A DNA stretch of 64,000 nucleotides, from assembly GCA_002269645.1 (NCBI GenBank), contig NIVC01000714.1:1-64000 (forward strand). The letters are read 5' to 3'. A program made the translations under genes and the position numbers. Below, in pieces: positions 35,575 through 49,254 of this stretch (within the stretch, counting starts at the first letter, position 1; every line of letters starts with the position of its first letter). The notes under the pieces are model-generated. The model saw only the letters and a program-made list of their open reading frames with translations, had not been told where the DNA came from and made no database searches. The DNA is from Macrostomum lignano (Eukaryota).

Positions 35575-37284
35575 AAATGGCTACTAGATTAGCTGCAATT
35601 TTTTGTTTCGTAAGCAGTGACAAGTATTAATATGTTATTACATTAATACTAAGTGATAGACATAGGTATTATCAATGTGTTATTTCTTATCTTATAGTTT
35701 TTGCCTAGCATTTTGTCTAAAAAAGGCTTAGCCTAACTTAAATTCAAAGTCTATTTGATCAATATTTGTATCAAGTTTTATAATTTGTTTGGCAATGTTA
35801 AACTTCAATGAGTATTATACAGTTTCTTTTTAGCTTTAGCATTTGCTAAATTAGTTGTTGCTAAACTGCTTGTTGCCAAATTCACTAGAAGCTGTATAGC
35901 CATGTCCATACCATAGGCCTAGGCCTAATTAAATCCAATAAAAAATTACAAATGATAAATTCAATCCCAACCTAATCCCATATCAAATCCTTTGGCTTTG
36001 AATCTAGTATACATGTAAGCAGTTAGCATACCCTAGAAGATGTTGTTATCATTTATGCCAGAATTTTCTAAGTATTCATTTGGTTTGGGCTTGGCATGTC
36101 ATATACATAGTAAATTTAGTCTTAGTATGAATTCCAATATACATTTAACATGATCCAGATTACTATAGTCCAGATCATAGCAGGTGTAGGCCTATACTAA
36201 AATGAAAATTCATGTTTTTTTTCAATTTTATGACAATGTAGGCCTAAAATAATAAAAAAATTATGCCAAGACTAAAATTGTTTATATGCCATTTTTTCAA
36301 AGAATATAGGCCTATATTTTTAGGAATTCAAAACTTTTACTGAACTTTAAAATGGCTTTTTTTTTCTAAAAATTGATATTTTTTATTTTAATTTTGACTT
36401 TCTTGTGATTGTGTTATTATTTTCTATTTTAGGCCTAGTTTCTGATTATTTTGAAAGAGCTTTTGACATTGGTTGATTGTTTACTAGGCCTACATATACG
36501 ATTACATTAGCCTTGAACTTGGCTATTTTTGTATACCAATTGTGTACTTTATGTTGAACCTAAAAATTCTATACGCCAAGTGTACACCAAGATTGTCAGT
36601 GAGAGCAAAAATATGCCTGAAAATTCTGGCATAAAGGCACCTTCTAAACTATGGCCAGAGTAGGCTAGGGCCTATGGAATATAATATTAGCATAGTCCTA
36701 GGATCCTAAAATAGGGACCTACTAAACTGGCAATTATTCAAAAAGTTTAAAGCTCCTACAAAAAATTATATTATGCATAGGCCTAATATAACATTGTATT
36801 TAATACATAATAAATGTTTAACATAATATACTATAATACTAGGCCTTAAAGTTAAGGCATACTGCCCTGTGCTATAGATTATAGATTATTTTAGTAATGC
36901 ATGATAAAAAAACCGATAAAACCTAGTCTTAATTTCTTGCTTAGGTTCTGCAATGCAATGCTAGGGCTTAGGCCTCTGTAATATTGCTTTTTTAAAATAA
37001 ACATCTTGTCAAATTTGATACTCCAAATTTGAGATCCTCGATCCTAGGGCATTGGCCTATTGCCAAATTCTAGGATTTCAGGTCTTTTGAAACCAACAAA
37101 GGAAAGGTGAGGGAAAATACTATTAGGCTAAGTAGGCCTACTACTAGGTCTAGGTCTAGACTAGTTACAAATTGCGACTATATGAACTAGGGCCTACATA
37201 AATAATGCGATAACAAAAAGACTAGGCCTCAGGCCACTATGGACAGTCACTAGCTAGACTATACACCGTAACTAAACCTACCTA

Positions 37285-37380
37285 CACCACTGCGCATGCC
37301 CAATTATATAGAACTTCATTTGTATGATAGTATTAAAGAAACAATAGGCTAACAATTAACATGATGCGCATGCGCTGTGC
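37285..37380. promoter_or_regulatory. Candidate cyclin Q promoter region with NRF1-like TGCGCATGCGC motifs
   Basis: CTGCGCATGCC at about 37290 and ATGCGCATGCGC at about 37365, upstream of the minus-strand gene; function inferred. Confidence 0.35.
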
Positions 37381-40300
37381 ATTTGGTTCAGTCCTTTTGG
37401 TAAATTATTTCTCGGAAAAATTCACTTGAAATTGTGCGATCGGATGTGCAATACAACAGAACAGAAGTGTCTGGAATTGGCTATCAACATTACAGCCATC
37501 ATTGGTATTTGGTATTGTTAATTGACTCACGCTGCTACTCTGGCTGGCTCGCTGGTCAAAAAATGAAATCGCGGGGGTTTGTTAACATATCTTTTTACGT
37601 ATCCGCCTTCGTGTCTGAATTTTCGCTTTCAGTTTCATTTCTAGATGGCGACAATAAACGATAAAAACTGATTTTCGCTTTCTGCCTTCCCTACTCTACC
37701 CTATATCCCACGTCTCTTGGTCTTCTCCCTTGCTCTCTCCTCTCCTTCTCCTATAGCTCTTCATTACTTTTCCTCGGTTGACGCCGGACGGTGATTTAGT
37801 CTAGCTGCCACGGCCTTTTCGGCTTCTAATATTCATGAAGAGTCTTTCAATTCGTCTGCCATAAAAATTTTCAGGTCTTGCTCATACAAGCTACATTTAG
37901 TTGTGAGCACTCAGCAGAACTCTGAATCTAAAGTTCGAGTCTCGGTGTAACCGGCCTGCTGACCACTTATGTAATACATGTACACATGCATGTATGACTT
38001 TACTACTCATCCTTCAGATGGGTCTGAGTAAAAAACTGAGTGTAAAAATGGATAGCTGATTAAAAAGTGCAGGTAAAATTCACTCTGCACCAAGCATTAA
38101 CAAAATGGAAAAATGTCAAAGTTATACATGTCACATGTAAGATGAAAAGTCGATGACCACGAGGTCAAAATAAAAACTTTTTGTTTTTAAACTATATAAC
38201 ATGTACATGTATATAGAAAAGGCCAAATTGAAACAACAACACAAAACAACACAAACAGATTGTTAAGTGCAAGTTTCAGGTAGGTAGGTAAATGTCAGTT
38301 TCAGGTAGTTTTGTGTTAATTTCAGGTAGTTATTATATTTTTTGTCAGTTTTAGGTAGGTAATGTCAGTTTCAGGTACTTCAAAGTGTTTCAGGTATACT
38401 ATACAGACCATTTTTAGTATATGGAAGTGTCAGTCTCAGCAGGTAGTTAAATGTCAGTTTCAGGCAAGCTCGTAATTTTGTGTATTTTCGGGACACCGGC
38501 CCTACTCGTACTTGCCCCCTGTGCCCTAGTAACACACTTCGTCGCGGCAACGTCGCGTATTGGTCGCGTTAGGTCGCGAAAGTCGCGGCCTTTATTGGTG
38601 AAACTTTGACGTCGCGAAAACGTCGCGAAAACGTCGGAAATCAAAGTACCAAAAAACGTTGAAATTTAACTTAATCAACCTGTTATACCTTTGATCAGAC
38701 AGTATATATCAACTGCAATATGTATTGCCTCTGAATTCAATAGATGAAAATAGAAAATGGTAGCCATGTAAATGGCAGTGTGCATGAACAAAAAATCTTC
38801 GTATGTTTAGAGCAAATAAAATAGTTGGAATTATTATATGTGCAGCAAAAAACTTGGATGCCCCGAATATAGCGACAAACTTAGGCTGCGCTAGTTATTT
38901 ATGAAACCTTTAATTGTTTAATTATTCAGTATCTAAGATACTAAAAAATGACTTTTTTTCAGAAGCACGTAATATAATTCACTAAATTACGTAACAACTT
39001 ATTTGTGTGCAAATTATTAGTGGTTTTAAAACCGTATTTAGTAACTTGAGTGATTTTTTTAATGGGAGTTACTCTTTCGTGGCATTCGTTTGTTAAACTA
39101 ACTGTTCCGTGTTTAGCAATTCAAAACCAACAGGGCGTCTCTCGGCGTGCCACTGTCACGATCAACCTGCAGTTTTCAGTGGACTCGTTGCGGACTGTGT
39201 GCTTAATAAATTGAATAGTATACTCTTAATTCCCAAGTGTTTAATTATCAGCAGGTTGAGCATTTGAGGTTGAGTTTTTGCTGTTTTGAACAATTGCTGA
39301 TTGCTTTGAATGAACCAGTATTTGCATATTTTTTCTTGACCTGGAATTCAGTGTGTAACGACACACAGAATATATCCTGTAAAATATTTTACATGTTTGA
39401 CCAACACAATACCTTAAAGTGCAAGTGCAATCTTTTATGCTGGCTGCTAGGTGGCGAGTTAAATTTTATAAGCAATTAGCATTTTAATTCAGTATAAGGG
39501 TATTATTTATCATGTGAGCTCACTTTTCTAAATTTGCATAGGCCTATTATGTTTATGATAGAATTTTTGCACTTTGGCCCCACCTTTGTGGCTTGAAGTC
39601 AATCTATATATCTATATCAATATTTATGGTATAACATTGTTAGTTGCAAAAGTTCATTAAATAATATTGTTTATTGTGCACAAAAATTAAATTACTGAGT
39701 AATTCACAAAACTTGGATGCCTGCCCTGCATTCAGGATTCAGTGTCATCATATATTAAGTTGTTCCATAGTATATTATATAAATGTTTATTGGCAAATAT
39801 TATATTGGCAATCTTAAAATTTGAGACATTGGGACAGACATTTTTCTTTAAATGCACATTTAAAAAAATTTATGCATAGAAATTGTCTTATCTTTATATT
39901 AGATGTTTAATTTACCAAAAAGTAGAAGAAAAGCTAAATATAGACAACATGAAGCCATCAGTGTATTGGATATTAAAAGTGACTGCTACATTATTCTTAA
40001 TTATACTTTGTTACAAAACAATAACATTTTTAAACTGCTTCAAAATATTCTGATATCTAAATAGAATTCAACAAGGAAGAACTCCCTAGGATTTTACAAT
40101 CATTGTTTATATTAGACTTTCTATAGAATAGTTTATTGCGTAAAAAGTCTAGTAATGTATCAAGTCACTCTAAATGATTTACAATTAAGTCAATATAAAG
40201 AAAGCAGCAGAATGACCATCTGCTTATATAGTAATTAACTCATATTGCAAAGCAAAGAGTAAAATTTTGATATTATTCAAATTTCAAATTATCAGATTAA

Positions 40301-40656
40301 TTAAAATTGCCTTTCATATTCAAAGATCTCCTTTAAAGCTCAATGTTCTTAGTGCTGTTAGCACCTCATTAATTAAATTAGTAATCACAGTTCATTTCAT
40401 TGTTTTATTTCATTTTGCAGCAATTTGATATTTGCCTTTCTTGGAATACTATATTGGCTAATTTTGTATAAGTGCCTGCTGACTTAAAAAGCTTTGTATT
40501 TGGAATAATTAATATATAGCAAAATAGCAGTTTTATTCAACTTGCCAAATTGACACTGGTTCAAACTTTGTCATAGTTGAAACTAATCATCATATTGGTA
40601 AAATAATCTTACTGGTAAACTGCTCTAATCACAATCCAACTGGCTTAAAAATTACA

Positions 40657-42570
40657 ATGTACAATGTATCAAAGAGAGCCCAACAACGAGGAATCAAAAG
40701 GAAAGTAAATGAATTTTTAACAGAACTAAAGGCTAGTTCAACAAGCACAGCACAAGAAGAATATGATAAAAACCCTCAACTAGATGCGTCAGAGCATGAG
40801 ATCAGCACTTTTTTTGCTAGTGAAGGAATTCTTGATGAAACCAGCTACAATTATGATGATACCATTGGCGAATGCAGTGATGATGAGTTCTGTGACAATC
40901 AGCCAAAGACTGACATCGCCCAAGAAATCAGGAATTGGGCTGTCTTGTATAGAATTCCTGGCAATGCACTATCTGCACTATTAAAAATCCTTGTGAATTT
41001 TTTCCCATCCTTGCCATTGTCATCAAGAACTCTTCTCAAGACTCCAAGGCACACAACATTCACTGCAATGGGCTCTGGAAAGTTCACTTACTTCTTCGGG
41101 TTGCAATACCTTGTGAACCAAGTGCTGTCTTCATCTGAAAAGCCTCAGCTTCAGATCAACATTGATGGCCTACCAGTTGGAAGCAACTCGAAAAAAGAAT
41201 TTTGGCCAATTCAGGCTTCCATTGGAAAAGACCCGCCAACTATAATAGGTCTGTACTGTGGAGAGCAAAAGCCACCTCTTGAGGAATATTTGAAGGATCT
41301 GATTGCTGAGCTGCAAGGTCTTGAAGACTGGTTCGACATCAAGTTCATATGCGACGCTCCAGCTCGTGCATTCATTAAATGCATCAAGGGACACGGCGGA
41401 TATTCCTCATGCGAGCAGTGTACTGCTTATGGCAGATATGTTGGCCACGTAATTCTGGAAGACGTTGATGCCCCATTGCGCACGGATGACTCGTTCAGGC
41501 AACAGATTGATGAGGAGCACCATACCGGAACAAGCCCCCTGATGGCTTTGAAGATCAATATGATTACAGCTTTCCCACTGGACTACATGCATCTTGTATG
41601 TCTTGGGGTGATGAAGCGGCTGTTGTTGCAATGGGTTGGCGGTCGACTGCCAAATCGACTGTCTAATCAGCACGTATTGCAAATTTCTGGTCATATCCTG
41701 AATGTTGCCAATTTCATTCCATCGGAGTTTGCTCGAGAACCGAGACCACTGAGTGAATGCCGGCGTTGGAAAGCGACTGAATTCCGGTCATTTCTGCTTT
41801 ATTCAGGAAAAGTTGTACTGAAATCAGTTCTGCCCTCCAAGCTGTACAAGCATTTCTTGCTGCTGAGCGTCGCTATTTTCTGCCTGTGTAATCCTGAAAG
41901 GTGCATTCAGCTGGCAGATTATGCTGCAGAACTCCTTCGGATGTTTGTGTCCGACTGTGCGAAAATTTACGGTGACAATTTCATGAGTCATAATGTGCAT
42001 TGCCTGCTCCATCTACCATCCTGTGTCAAACACAACGGGTCTCTTGACAGTTTTTCTGCCTTTAAGTTCGAAAACAATATGCAATCCATCAAAGCAAAAC
42101 TCAGAACCAGCAACTTACCATTCGAGCAAGTTTGCAACAGAATTCACGAAGAAAAAAGCATCAACGTGAATCGATCAGCCGCCAAGTCTACAAAATACAT
42201 TGGCCTGCATTGGTCAGGTCCGCTTCCGAATATTCCCCCTTCGTGCATTGAGCAGTACAGAGCGATCATTTCGAGCAGGTTCAGACTGTCCAGTGCCGTA
42301 AATGATTCCTTCATTGAATGCTCAGAAGGCTGCTACTATAGAATCGTGAATGTCCTGCAGGTGGAGAATGAGTCCAGCTTGGTGTGTCGCCGATTCAAAA
42401 CCAAAGAGTCATTCTTCGCATACCCTGTTGAATCAGAAAAGATGGGCATCCATCTTGTGTCGAATTTAGATTTAGTTAACCTCTACACACTACGAATTAC
42501 AGAGGTGAAGAGAAAGTTCTACGGACTGCCCGTCGACAACAAAGTTGTCCTCACACCCATGTTTCTGTAA
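40657..42570 (+). CDS. EnSpm-type transposase, 637 aa, intact
   Basis: INIDGLP, FICDAPARAF, GHGGYSSCEQC, DYMHLVCLG, RRWKATEFRSFLLY, HNVHCLLH and SAFKFEN motifs. Confidence 0.93.
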   Translation: MYNVSKRAQQRGIKRKVNEFLTELKASSTSTAQEEYDKNPQLDASEHEISTFFASEGILDETSYNYDDTIGECSDDEFCDNQPKTDIAQEIRNWAVLYRIPGNALSALLKILVNFFPSLPLSSRTLLKTPRHTTFTAMGSGKFTYFFGLQYLVNQVLSSSEKPQLQINIDGLPVGSNSKKEFWPIQASIGKDPPTIIGLYCGEQKPPLEEYLKDLIAELQGLEDWFDIKFICDAPARAFIKCIKGHGGYSSCEQCTAYGRYVGHVILEDVDAPLRTDDSFRQQIDEEHHTGTSPLMALKINMITAFPLDYMHLVCLGVMKRLLLQWVGGRLPNRLSNQHVLQISGHILNVANFIPSEFAREPRPLSECRRWKATEFRSFLLYSGKVVLKSVLPSKLYKHFLLLSVAIFCLCNPERCIQLADYAAELLRMFVSDCAKIYGDNFMSHNVHCLLHLPSCVKHNGSLDSFSAFKFENNMQSIKAKLRTSNLPFEQVCNRIHEEKSINVNRSAAKSTKYIGLHWSGPLPNIPPSCIEQYRAIISSRFRLSSAVNDSFIECSEGCYYRIVNVLQVENESSLVCRRFKTKESFFAYPVESEKMGIHLVSNLDLVNLYTLRITEVKRKFYGLPVDNKVVLTPMFL

Positions 42571-42583
42571 AACATCGTTGCAG

Positions 42584-44139
42584 ATGCACTTTTGCGTTGT
42601 GGAATTTGCGGACAAGTCAGTTGAATATGTCAGCGAGGCCTGGCTCGTAGGACGTACCCGCTGTTACTGGCCACCGATAACTGTAGCGAGGGCCATTAAG
42701 TTAAGGTCGAAGCACGCTGCACCGAATTCAGAATGGGAGCTTCATGACATTAAAATTTTGTCGATGACAACCAACGAATGCACGGCACGCCGACGACTCA
42801 ACCGGGCATCATGCGGCGCAGAAGAGCTGACAACCGATGCTGAGGCAACAGCCAACACAGCCAACAGGAAGCGCACTCAACCGATCCGCTTCATCGATGG
42901 GCCTGCTCAGCAAAACAAAAAAAGAACAAAGACGGCAAGGATCGTGTCAGACTCAGATCTAGAGTCATGCGATGGATATGACGATGATGCTGATCTGCCA
43001 CCTCCATTGCCAAATTTTCGTGAGTACGCACATTTGAAGTTCGATCTTTGAATTGGCTAAAACAAATTTCAGTAAATCAAATGTTTTAAAACTGTTCATT
43101 CTTCTGCAGCCCGCATTAATGAGACGCCCCGAGCAGCGAGAGGCGGACGCGAAGAGTCAGTGGGATCGTCCAGCTGTGCAGCTGTTCTGTTTGAGGCGGC
43201 GCATTTGAATTCGTGCAGGCAGGATGACGCTGCGCAGTTGACGCAGACGCCGGCTGCTGCTGCCTACCCCGCTCAACAGTCGAACCAGACTCCCCTCTCG
43301 AATGCTTTGGGAATGACGCCGGCAAACAGGCCGCTCTCAGCAGTGCGACTTCCCGCTCCACCGTCAGCTGCTGCCTCCGCTGCCGCAAGTGAACCCAGAC
43401 TGGCAGTTGCGCCAGATTGTGCTACAGGCGCGAGCACGCGTAAGTGTTCACAGATTCATTTGAAATGCTGTTGTTGTGAGAAATAAAATCATGCACGTGT
43501 ACACCAATGCCATTTTTGCTAAAGTACAAGAGCACTGTAGTGTGATATCCATGATGAAAATTCCCGCCTTGATGTTTCAGCATTCGAGAAGATTGTTATG
43601 AGGGAACTGGCAGCCATCCGTCAATACGTTGAACGGATTGAACGCACGGTCTCCGCGATCGCGTCACGAAAGAGCGTGGCGGCTCCAAATCTGCCTGTCA
43701 ACTTGCCGTGCTCGGCAGAAGACATGGCAGAACTAGTCCAGCATCTGGAAGAAAATCCAGCGGATGCAGAAGCGCTCGTGAGTGCATCGGCGTTCCTGTT
43801 TTTCTTCAATTCTTCTGTTGCGTGTAAAATAAAAAACAATTAGACAATTTTGCGTAACTGCTTCACTTGCATTACAGGAAGGACAGATGGCCTGCCTGCA
43901 TTGGTGGCGGCAGCACCCAGGATGCAGTGCGTCGCATTTTGCGCCGGCTGCTGGCTCCGCCGGCTATGGCGAGTTTTAGTTTCGCAGGACGGCGAGAGAA
44001 AGCGGCGTTCAAGGACAGCATCCTGTGGACAATCGTGCGAGGTGCAACGCTACGCAGCGTCAAGGCGAAGGAGAAGGAGATAGAAGCCGCTGTAAAGGAG
44101 GTGCTAAAGCATGCAAATGACCCGAATCGCGCTCGTTAG
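42584..44139 (+). CDS. Second (spliced) EnSpm gene, DUF4806-like C-terminus
   Basis: N-terminal FCVVEF..KSVEYVSEAWL....CYWPP and C-terminal GGSTQDAVRRILRRL...FSFAGRR.K.AFKD; approximate exons 42584-43020, 43110-43440, 43580-43778, 43878-44139. Confidence 0.7.
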
Positions 44140-45849
44140 CTTTATGTTGGAGGTCCCCTGGCCGCGGGAAAAATAGGCTACCGAGCCTTGTCAGTTTGTT
44201 TCGATTTATTCATGCAGAGTAGGCTGGAATGGAGAAACTTAGATATAGAAAAATGGGGCGGGAAATTAGCTCTTTCCCTACCTAGTCACCAGATCCCTCC
44301 CCACCAAAATTTTAGATTCTAAGACAATCAGGGGTCGCAAAAACCCGTTCTTTAAACCAGTTTTCAGTAATTTAAAAAAAAAACGGTGAAAACGGTAAAA
44401 CTGTTTTGTTGGCCTTTTTTGGCTTAAATTATTTCAAGTGTTATATTATTATGTGTTATATTATATTTACTATATACTGGGCGTTTATTTGCCAATTAAA
44501 TTGGCTGTTTATTCTAGGAAACAAAAAAATTATTAATTAATTAAATGCTGCGTTGCTCTCATTTTTTCTCTACTCTAATTACTTTTATCTACTATAATTT
44601 TACTCTAATTACCATTCATCGCTACGTTCTACTATTCATTACCCAGTTCCCAGTTGGTATTATGCTCCTTTTGTTTGCTATAGCTTTTATTATCTCCTAT
44701 TGCATATAATTGCGTACTATATTTTCCAGCGGCTGACATATAGCTGTACAATACTGGTGCGAGTCGACCTTCGCCAATAAAATATCACCCAGTATCTGAT
44801 ATAAGAAAGTTTATAGTAACACCGGTAGGAAACTGGTAAAACTGCCTATTTTTTTAGCATTTTGGCTTACATTATTTCAGGTATGCGTGCTCACGAGCGT
44901 GTATGTCAGTACGTGTGCATTACAAATTATCTTGGTGTGCAATTGCTGCTGTGAATTACAGCATTTAAACCTCATAAATTTTTAAACAGCATTTAACGTG
45001 GCGATCACCTCTGTGAAACTGCATTCAAATCAAGAAGTAAGAAACTAACCGCAGCCAACTGTAAACTAGTCGCGTAAAGGTCGCGTAATGGTAATAACGT
45101 GACGTCGCTAAGTGAAGTGTACGCGACGTCGCGTGGCGCGACACTTGACCCCTTCCCGCGACGTAACTTTGCGACGTTTACGCGACGTTGCCGCGACGAA
45201 GTGTGTTACTAGGGGTGGATTATACTGACGTTCGCGTGATCCTGTTCGCGGTGTCCCGGGCTGGTGTTTGTCATTGTAACCCCCTGGCATCAACAGCCGT
45301 TGTTCACGAGGAAAAGATTGTGAATAGATATAGGCACAATTCAAGGTTGAAGGTTCGACTGTTCAACGTGAATAGCCATATTTTTATTAAAGATTCATTT
45401 CACTTGCTTCCTTTGTCTATAATCCCCAACTCCCCGATCCAATTTAGAGGCTACAAAATTGACGAGGTAAAGTAATTATATCTACTTTATATAACCAGGT
45501 GAATTAATTACTTGCTAAAAATATCAGCATGAACAATCGATGTTGAGAAAAGGTTACAAAACTTGAAGATGAAGTAATTAATTGTCGTCAATGGGTCGTC
45601 ATTATAACAATTGGTATTTAAAGAGGCTTCCAAACTGACGATAGCTTTATGAAACTATAGAAAATTCTAGGAAGATATATTAATAGCACAAGCTTTAGAA
45701 GTAAGAATAATCGAATTTCGTAAACAATTAAATTTGTCATCAAATAATCAGATTAATACTTGCTTTCGTGTGTTTACAAAGTATTGTTAGTAATTTCACT
45801 AAGCTGACTTTGCTCAATTAATTTTAAACATTTTGAATTATCAGTTTGT

Positions 45850-46640
45850 TTAAACAAACGGATCGACGCATTCGCACAGGCAATTTTCAACGTTGGTGTG
45901 AATTTCGGTGAGATCATTGATTCCGTAACTGTGCGAGTGCCAGATACACGCTCGATATGCCAAATCGCCGATGTTTGGCTGGCCAGTGTGCCAGACCTCA
46001 GGCAGAAAAGTGACGTTGCAGCGCTCCCAAATCCAGTTGCCAGTTTTGAAGCTGCCGACGCGGTAGCCGCCAATGAGATAGCCACTGCCGGTGCTCTCTT
46101 GAGTCTTCAGCCAGTGCATGCGTTCGACTTCGGCTCTGTCCAGAGCATCCGCGTATTTGGTTAGCCCGGGCTCTGAGTTGCACTTCTGAGATCCTTGTGT
46201 CCAATTGGAGACCGAATAAAATTTGTAGATCAAACCGAGGTAGCCGTATTTGTAGCTGCTGGGCCACAGCTGCCCGTTCGGCAGGTTTTCCATGCGGCGA
46301 ACGAAGGCCGAACCGAAGCTGCTGCAGTTCACCTTGTTGGGCACGTGGCTGCAGGTGTCGAACACGAACATCTGGCAGCCGAAGCCGCTGTCGGACGGCT
46401 GACGGAAGCCGCGGCAGGACGTGCCCTGCTCGACACAGGCGAAGGCGCACTGCCTCTCCGTGGCCAGCGACAGCTCAGTGGGCTCGCTGACGAATTGCGG
46501 CTTCAGGCAGAGGCGGATGTACTTTTCTACGAAGTCGTTTTCTGGCTCGCTGACGGAGACGGCGAATGGAATGAGGCTGAGCATCGACAGGAGGCACAGG
46601 CAGGTCCCTTGCCGAGCAGCTGGTGATAGTTTTACATGTG
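45850..46640 (-). CDS. Secreted PAN/apple plus C-type-lectin-like protein
   Basis: Hydrophobic signal-like segment, CAFAC...CRGF...C (PAN), WTQGSQKC...WIW...WHTGQPN...LCEC (CTLD-like); true start uncertain. Confidence 0.75.
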
Positions 46641-47353
46641 ATTGTATCGTAACTAGTGACAAATATTTTACACGAAAGCAATCTCTGAAGGACATCTACA
46701 CAGGGGTGGCAATTAGTTAACCTGTCTGCGGACTCTGTCTTTTATCTTGAACCGCCTACCTCATTTATTTGGGGCTTTCTTGACTTATCCATTAAGCGAG
46801 TGAGTTCGTGTTCATGGATCAGGGTCCGCGAAATGGTCGTCCACAGTTTTAACTGTTCATGCATGTAAAGTACAGTGAATACTTACACTTGCTAGTTGAT
46901 TCCATGAGCAGAGAAAGCCTTCCTTTTCTGATAGGAAATGATTTACAACTTAGGCTGAAATAAGTTCAAGAATGTATTGGGGCGCCCCTCTACGTTGCTT
47001 CAATTTATAGTCAGCAAACTGGTGCTTAACAGCCGAAAGGGTCATTCATAGAGCTATTAAAAACTGAATTTGAGAGTTGAGACTGACAGCTTGTGGAGGT
47101 GCGAGAAAATTTTAGCTGTCATTTTAAAGTAATTTATTGACTCTAGTCGACAAATACTCTCAACTACCCCCTCCGCTTCGAAAGGGTGCCACTAAAAATT
47201 AGCTCTCATATTTCTTGAAGACTTACGTCAATAAACAACATGATGCCCTACCCTGGATAATCCAAGGTACAACAAAATCGGGCTTTGAAATATCCTAGGT
47301 CTTGAATTGTCCGGAGTGAATAAAGATTGGGGTGGCAAGTTAGTCAAATTATT

Positions 47354-47752
47354 GGGTCGCCATCATAAACCCGAAAAATCACAACTCCGAAAGCACTTCC
47401 CATCATAAACCCGAAATATTAATATCATAAACCCGAAATATCACAATCCCGAAAAATAAAATAGCAACGCCCATCATAAACCCGAAATATCAGAAACCCG
47501 AAAAATAACAACTCCGAAAAAGAAAATAGCAACGCCCATCATAAACCCGAAATATCAGAAACCCGAAAAATCATCTCCAACTCCGAAAACCAAAATAGTG
47601 TTGGACATTGCTAGAACTTTCGGAGTTATGATATTTCGGGTTTCTGGTATTTCGGGGTTCATGATATTTCGGGTTTATGATGGAAAGCGCTAAAGCGCTT
47701 TCCGGAGTTGTGATTTTTCGGGTTTGGGATATTTCAGGATTATGATGCCCCC
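47354..47752. mobile_element. Non-autonomous Mutator-like foldback MITE (about 400 bp)
   Basis: CATCATAAACCCGAAA sub-repeats forward on the left and inverted on the right; 9-bp direct repeat CAAATTATT at 47345-47353 and 47753-47761. Confidence 0.75.
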
Positions 47753-48550
47753 CAAATTATTTACAACATAAGGCGCATGTGAACGCGTGGTGTGGCAGAA
47801 GGACATCATTAAGCGAGAATGAGACTGACTCAGAGTGCTTGGGAGAGGCATATAAGATGCAGTCTAAGAATAAATCGATAATAGACTGTCGTTAAATGTA
47901 CTACAAGCGTACATGCCATCTATATCAGTGTACGATCTAATAGCCCGCAAAGGAATGTGTTGCGCAAATTTTACGAGTAACACGAGCTACACCTAGTCTT
48001 TTCAGATATATGGAATATATTTCTTGTCCAAGTTCTACGTTTTGGAAAAAACCTTCACTCGCTGGCCAAAGTAACGATAAATCAAGTGTTTTTTACGTTT
48101 CTATCGACGAGTATGTTGAGCTGAGCTGCCAGAACATACAGAATATTCTGCTGATATTCTGCAGAAGACGTGGAGTTAGGCGGGTCTACCGCATCATTAA
48201 ATGTCTCGGCAAAAATACTTATCAGCTGGCTGGGTTCTCAAATTTGAAAACGGAAAGCATCTCAATCAAAGCATCGGAAGAAGGCTGTGATTCATCACGC
48301 TTCATTCAGCGGATCGCCAGTTTTTGTTTTATCGAATTAGATTGGTGAATCGAGTAACAAACTGCTTTTCGGTTGACCTTTAACTTTAACAGCTAATAGC
48401 TTTAATTTAGTTCCTTGAAGTTTCTGAAACACGAAGTTGTTATTTAAATATAAACAGTTAAATAAGCATGACGCAGATGTTTACCAATTGAAAAAGTAGC
48501 AAAAAGTAATTTTCTACTTTGCATAAAGTGATATGGAAATTTTGCTATTT

Positions 48551-48838
48551 CTAGCCCCGGATATCAGTAGCCGGATGTCATAAAGCAATTACCTCTATCT
48601 CTGCAGACTGACCCCGCTCTTTTAACCTACAGTCGGATGTCCCAAGACAACTTCCCCTTCTTGTGATCTGCGGGTCGGATAGCAGAGTCAGTGTCGTAGG
48701 ATGTCCGGGAGAGACATCTCAAAGTGCCCGGACATTGCAAATAAGCTCAACATATCCGGGAAAGAGAAAACAAAGCAGCTGTTTCTTGCTTGGCAGTATC
48801 CGGGTGGATATCGTAGTGTGTTCGGATATCCGGGCCAG
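48551..48838. repeat. Possible degenerate MITE with CCGGATATC sub-repeats
   Basis: CCCGGATATC at the left, GATATCCGGG at the right, scattered internal copies; no TSD found. Confidence 0.35.
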
Positions 48839-49254
48839 ACAAAAAACCTGGATAGTCTAAAGTGTAACAGTTCCTATTCCAGTGTCAGTTGTGCTTCCTA
48901 TTCCACATCTGAGAATTGCGTTTCATAGTTTCTTCTTTTACTTAACCTTAGACTTTAGTGCTCAAGGTCGATAACGAGCGAGTCACTGCACCAGGCGTCA
49001 AAATAAAAAAAAAACAGTATTTTTACGCATTGTAGATCGATTCGAGGAGATATTCCAGCATATTAAGGATTAAAAATAATTGGTAGTTTGATTATTTATC
49101 AGAGTAAATCAGAGTTTCAAATATTAATCATAATCCACAGATGAAGCCTCGCAAATGACAGAACTCAGGCTCTCAGGTGGAACAGCTGGTTGATGTCATC
49201 CTCAGTCAGGTACTTGTTAGCCATGGCCACCGTCTTCACTGTGCCGGCCAGCTT

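Larger units (their letters stand above)
38524..45214 (+). mobile_element. Full-length EnSpm/CACTA (CMC) DNA transposon, 6691 bp
   Basis: 36-bp perfect TIRs CCCTAGTAACACACTTCGTCGCGGCAACGTCGCGTA, 3-bp TSD GTG, subterminal GTCGCG repeats at both ends, transposase plus a second gene. Confidence 0.93.

Noticed and set aside
38275-38470. CAGGTAG (Zelda/TAGteam-like) cluster
   Set aside because: Part of a degenerate tandem repeat; Zelda is an arthropod factor and nothing else here points to that role.
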